Shown: positions 24,735 to 27,640 of the stretch, one piece after another | Layout: every line of letters starts with the position of its first letter | Position numbering within the stretch: the first letter of the stretch is position 1 | Position numbers and translations under genes: made by a program | Notes under the pieces: generated by a model | Told to the model about the DNA's origin: nothing | What the model saw: only the letters and a program-made list of their open reading frames with translations | Databases searched by the model: none | IMG/VR virus record: IMGVR_UViG_3300032227_000093 | Location: 1-27,640 of that record | From: a virus | Lineage: Duplodnaviria > Caudoviricetes | DNA length: 27,640 bases | Direction: 5' to 3' (one strand)

Positions 24735-25072
24735 AGCGTTACAGCCCCCGTTACGATAAATAAACCTTCAAGGTATCTAGTGATAGTAGATCCACTGTTT
24801 AGTACTAAGTCATATGAATAACGACCCGGAACGATTGGCTCTGTAAGAGCTGCAGACAGGGTAACTGTTACGGTTCCTGTAGCACCAGTAATAACCATAC
24901 GACCATTATCAGTAGTGGCAGTTATTGTTGTTGTAGTAGACCCAACGAATGGGCGCACTGTCATTGTTCCGGTGTAGCCAGTAAGGTTGATCGGAACAGC
25001 ATCGTTGTTGATCGAGAATTGAAAATTAAATGTGGTTGCTTGCTCGCAGATTAGATTAAATTTAGCACTCAC
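24731..25072 (-). CDS. Ig/BppU-N-like virion adaptor protein
   Basis: INLTGYT..M.VR...G.Y.YDL...LEG.F.V. Confidence 0.7.
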   Translation of the reverse strand: MSAKFNLICEQATTFNFQFSINNDAVPINLTGYTGTMTVRPFVGSTTTTITATTDNGRMVITGATGTVTVTLSAALTEPIVPGRYSYDLVLNSGSTITRYLEGLFIVTGAVTL

Positions 25073-25353
25073 GATGAGATACCTCTGAGAGCCTGCGCTG
25101 CAGGTAGTTGAAAAGTACTAGCGAGAGCGTTACATACACCGTTATAATCAAGGCGGTTGGTGCTAGTCGTACCCGCAATCGCATTTAATACTCCTACTGT
25201 GTCTGTTAAGTTTGTTGTTACTGAACGCTGAACCGCCCACTGACGGGCAGCAAGTGCTTCACCTACCATCGCCCCTGGTGCTCGATAGGTGCCACCATTA
25301 GCCAGACGATTAAGTTCATCTAATAGCGTTGTACCGTATTGTCCTAGTGCCAC
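25069..25353 (-). CDS. Hypothetical virion protein
   Basis: AAGGAG SD, GTGA coupling. Confidence 0.75.
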   Translation of the reverse strand: MALGQYGTTLLDELNRLANGGTYRAPGAMVGEALAARQWAVQRSVTTNLTDTVGVLNAIAGTTSTNRLDYNGVCNALASTFQLPAAQALRGISS

Positions 25354-25363
25354 CTATGTCTCC

Positions 25364-25525
25364 TTACTTCTTTTTGCGAGCTGCTGCTGCGTTATCTACT
25401 AAGTTTGGATAAGGACGTCCTGCTGCCTTAGCCTTTGCTTTTGCTGCCGCCTTTTGTGCAGGCGTTAACTTCTTTGACTTCTCTTTAGGATTCTTTGAAT
25501 CCCAAAATGCTACTTTCTTTTTCAT
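25364..25525 (-). CDS. Lys/Ala-rich basic micro-protein (53 aa)
   Basis: MKKKVAFWD...AGRPYPNLVDNAAAARKKK; ATGA coupling. Confidence 0.8.
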   Translation of the reverse strand: MKKKVAFWDSKNPKEKSKKLTPAQKAAAKAKAKAAGRPYPNLVDNAAAARKKK

Positions 25526-25794
25526 CTGCAACTACAATCCCAAGCGCGAAGCGACTTGTTTATTCTAGAGTTCGGATCTTTAGCGGTTTTAGCAGAAGTC
25601 AACTTAGACTTCATACCGCACATACGACCACAGAAAGCCTTACGTCGCCCCGCAGCCTTAGGTGATTTAGCAGCCTCAGCCTTTTTGACTGGAGGCTTTA
25701 GGTTCATCCCCTGCGCTTTAGCAGAGGCACGACCCTTGGCGTTAAGGCCACCCTTTGGGTTCTTGCCTTCTGCTCTTTGCCACGCACTAGCCAA
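25522..25794 (-). CDS. Basic protein, DUF6321-like
   Basis: AWQRAEGKNPKGGLNAKGRAS...RRKAFCGRM...SRINKSLRAWDC; TTG start after AAGGAG. Confidence 0.8.
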   Translation of the reverse strand: MASAWQRAEGKNPKGGLNAKGRASAKAQGMNLKPPVKKAEAAKSPKAAGRRKAFCGRMCGMKSKLTSAKTAKDPNSRINKSLRAWDCSCR

Positions 25795-26248
25795 TTTCTA
25801 ACTCCTTTTGCATAACTGATTTACAAAATGCAACTACGTCTTTATGTGCAAATTCTGCTTTGCATACATTGTACATAAAAACTACAATTTGAACATTGTC
25901 TTTTATATAAGGTTTTGAACTATCTATTCTATCTATAGAAGGAACCCAAGGGTTCTTTGCGTGAAGAGAGTCTGAAACTTGTGTGGTTAAATCAAAGGGT
26001 ATTCCAGTTACTTCACAGTAACCTTTTTCTATTTTTTCATAAATCCATAACGAGTCAAAATCTGGTTCTTGCCAACCCATATACTTTGCTCTTTTATGGG
26101 CATTGCCCCAAAGTCTTTGTGCTCTAACTTTTACTGGGTTGTCTTTATCCCATTTACTTTTAGAACATTTATTACACCAGCCAGATCTACCTTTTCCAAA
26201 CTTAACGTTTGAACGTAGGCATATGATACACGCTGGAGACTTTGCCAT
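25787..26248 (-). CDS. HNH-like (His-Me) endonuclease, probable homing endonuclease
   Basis: CEVTG...PSIDRIDSSKPYIKDNVQIV...N..K; AT-rich. Confidence 0.8.
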   Translation of the reverse strand: MAKSPACIICLRSNVKFGKGRSGWCNKCSKSKWDKDNPVKVRAQRLWGNAHKRAKYMGWQEPDFDSLWIYEKIEKGYCEVTGIPFDLTTQVSDSLHAKNPWVPSIDRIDSSKPYIKDNVQIVVFMYNVCKAEFAHKDVVAFCKSVMQKELEIG

Positions 26249-26421
26249 TACTTCTTCTTACCCATTTTCTTCTTAGACATCTTTGCTTGTGATAGTGCAA
26301 TAGCAATCGCTTGCTTCTTGCCCTTAACGATTGGCCCTTTACTAGAACCAGAGTTCAGGGTTCCACCCTTAAACTCTTTCATTACTTTAGCAATCTTTGC
26401 TTTCTTGGCTGCCTTGTTCAT
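26248..26421 (-). CDS. Basic micro-protein, DUF6496-like (57 aa)
   Basis: KIAKVMKEFKGGTLNSGS...KQAIAIALSQA. Confidence 0.8.
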   Translation of the reverse strand: MNKAAKKAKIAKVMKEFKGGTLNSGSSKGPIVKGKKQAIAIALSQAKMSKKKMGKKK

Positions 26422-26493
26422 TTAGCACTTGCACGCTTTCTTTGACTTACCGCACTTCTTGCACATTCCTGCCATTGGCTTCTTCTTCATCAT
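26422..26493 (-). CDS. Lys/Cys micro-peptide (23 aa)
   Basis: MMKKKPMAGMCKKCGKSKKACKC; ATGA coupling, abuts the next start. Confidence 0.6.
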   Translation of the reverse strand: MMKKKPMAGMCKKCGKSKKACKC

Positions 26494-26615
26494 TTTGCTG
26501 CCTTTCCCATTGCGCCGGTTTGTAGTGATTCGTATGTCTCGTACTTCATAGCACCTGCGTATTGCTTATCAGGTGTTGGGTACTTTGTAATGCTTTCTTC
26601 TGTGTAGTTTTCCAT
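26490..26615 (-). CDS. Hypothetical micro-protein (41 aa)
   Basis: MENYTEESITKYPTPDKQY...; AAGGAG SD. Confidence 0.7.
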   Translation of the reverse strand: MENYTEESITKYPTPDKQYAGAMKYETYESLQTGAMGKAAK

Positions 26616-26617
26616 TG

Positions 26618-26905
26618 TTACTCCTTGAAGGTCATTTGGATCCCATCGAAAGCCTTGCCAGCCTCGTTGGAAAGTTTGACTGCTGCATCTATATCTTTAG
26701 ATTTTGTTGAACGTGGTTCTATGCCCTGACGTGTAGCATCGTAATAAGACTGTAGTTCCTTATCGTGCTGCTTGGCAGTAGGCAGATTTCTGTGGTTTGC
26801 CACACCTACGCTCAACTCTAGTTCTCCTACTTTGCAACCAAAGCAATCCTCTACATATTCAGGATGCGTTGTTCGTCTATGTAAACTCATACTGGAGTAA
26901 CCCAA
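26618..26905 (-). CDS. Hypothetical protein (H..H..CFGC)
   Basis: ORF track; likely start at MSLHRR (26890). Confidence 0.75.
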   Translation of the reverse strand: MGYSSMSLHRRTTHPEYVEDCFGCKVGELELSVGVANHRNLPTAKQHDKELQSYYDATRQGIEPRSTKSKDIDAAVKLSNEAGKAFDGIQMTFKE

Positions 26906-27210
26906 TCACCATAACCTGCATTAATGAGAACCTGTGCTTGGTAATCACTGATCTCGTACTCGTGGCCTCCAAGGAAGTAATAACTAGCTGCTGCTAGATC
27001 ATCTTGGCTAGGAGTCAATGTCAAAGTAACATTAGTTCCGTTGACAATAAGTGTCTGACCACGTGCTACATCTGTAAGGCTGATTGGAATAGGACCGTCA
27101 ATAGTTCCACCGTTAAACCGGCGACCAGCAAGGCGTGAGTACTCGGTGTATTCACCAGTTCCCGCGCCCCAAGTTTGCCATTGGTACGGTGTCATCAACG
27201 TATATGCCAT
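26887..27210 (-). CDS. Hypothetical virion protein
   Basis: Directly after the capsid gene; YYFLGGHEY. Confidence 0.75.
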   Translation of the reverse strand: MAYTLMTPYQWQTWGAGTGEYTEYSRLAGRRFNGGTIDGPIPISLTDVARGQTLIVNGTNVTLTLTPSQDDLAAASYYFLGGHEYEISDYQAQVLINAGYGDWVTPV

Positions 27211-27229
27211 ATCTAACCTTTCCTAAGTA

Positions 27230-27257
27230 GCAGAGGTGGGTTTGACCCCACCCCTGC
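27230..27257 (-). terminator. Stem-loop after the major capsid gene (leaky terminator/stabiliser)
   Basis: - strand gcaggggtggg / cccacctctgc 11-bp stem, weak U tail. Confidence 0.7.
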
Positions 27258-27273
27258 CGTTGCACTAGCGGAA

Positions 27274-27639
27274 TTATCCGTTTGTTGCTGCAGACTCAAT
27301 GCGATAGAGCGCTGCTTCACGGAGGCGTGCAAAGCCACCGAAGTAGTACCAACCGATTGTGCGGAAACGACGGAGTGCGTCAATCTCTGGACCGATAACG
27401 GTTGAGATGTCTGCAGCCTGTGCTTCAGCCAATGCTTCACGACCTGCGATGATCGCACGGTAGTTGTTGGTAAATGTAACTGTACCTGTATCCGCGCTTG
27501 ACACGTTTGCTGTCGTTACTGCGTATGTGAAGGTAGTAGTTGTTGGAACAGATGCGATTGTAAATGTTCCGTTAACAGTTGTGTTTGTTACAGCAGCAAC
27601 TGTTACGACCTGGCCTACGCCAAGACCGTGAGCAACTGC
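27274..27639 (-). CDS. Major capsid protein C-terminus (partial; runs off the window)
   Basis: Frame open to the window end; IIAGREALA...DALRRFRTIGWYYFGGFARLRE typical of N4-gp56/P22-type coat ends; followed by a stem-loop. Confidence 0.85.
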   Translation of the reverse strand, partial: AVAHGLGVGQVVTVAAVTNTTVNGTFTIASVPTTTTFTYAVTTANVSSADTGTVTFTNNYRAIIAGREALAEAQAADISTVIGPEIDALRRFRTIGWYYFGGFARLREAALYRIESAATNG

Positions 27640-27640
27640 T

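Noticed and set aside
15768-24759. Antisense and off-frame Pro/Val/His-rich ORFs (e.g. 16616-16936, 20184-20387, 23920-24246, 24412-24759)
   Set aside because: By-products of Gly-rich and collagen codon repeats that lack stops in other frames
25787-26248. Group I intron around the endonucleases
   Set aside because: The inserts are almost entirely ORF, leaving no room for a ribozyme core, and downstream genes have their own restarts
1-27640. tRNA, rRNA, integrase or transposase
   Set aside because: No cloverleaf with a T-loop motif in the intergenic gaps and no recombinase or DDE motifs recognised

Overview
A 27.6-kb piece of a tailed dsDNA phage genome, most likely a freshwater-type actinobacterial phage with podovirus-like structural genes. 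The host inference rests on WhiB, a split primase, a GACAC-type promoter and a leaderless start. Left to right: (1) a non-coding, hairpin- and repeat-rich control region (1-650); (2) a + strand early operon of about 20 mostly tiny, translationally coupled ORFs, including an Ocr-like protein and many micro zinc-finger peptides, ending in a lytic transglycosylase and a C5 DNA methyltransferase (660-4864); (3) a - strand DNA-metabolism operon (12509->4950) with HNH, HslV/proteasome-beta-like peptidase, Cas4-like exonuclease, WhiB, DnaB-like helicase, resolvase, split primase, Nmad1/DUF1599, sigma-like protein, EndoVII and FmdB zinc ribbon, with no DNA polymerase; (4) a short + strand unit (zinc ribbon, HNH); (5) a - strand late operon (27640->13278) with the major capsid C-terminus, basic micro-proteins, a collagen fibre, a glycosyltransferase, tail proteins, Gly-rich fibres and lysis genes. 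Highlights are several AT-rich inserts that rebuild the gene junction they interrupt, a doubly coded transglycosylase locus, a cassette-like micro zinc-finger array, apparent total absence of CATG, paired tandem-GA DNA hairpins and a candidate small RNA. All calls are by eye; no searches or folding programs were run.
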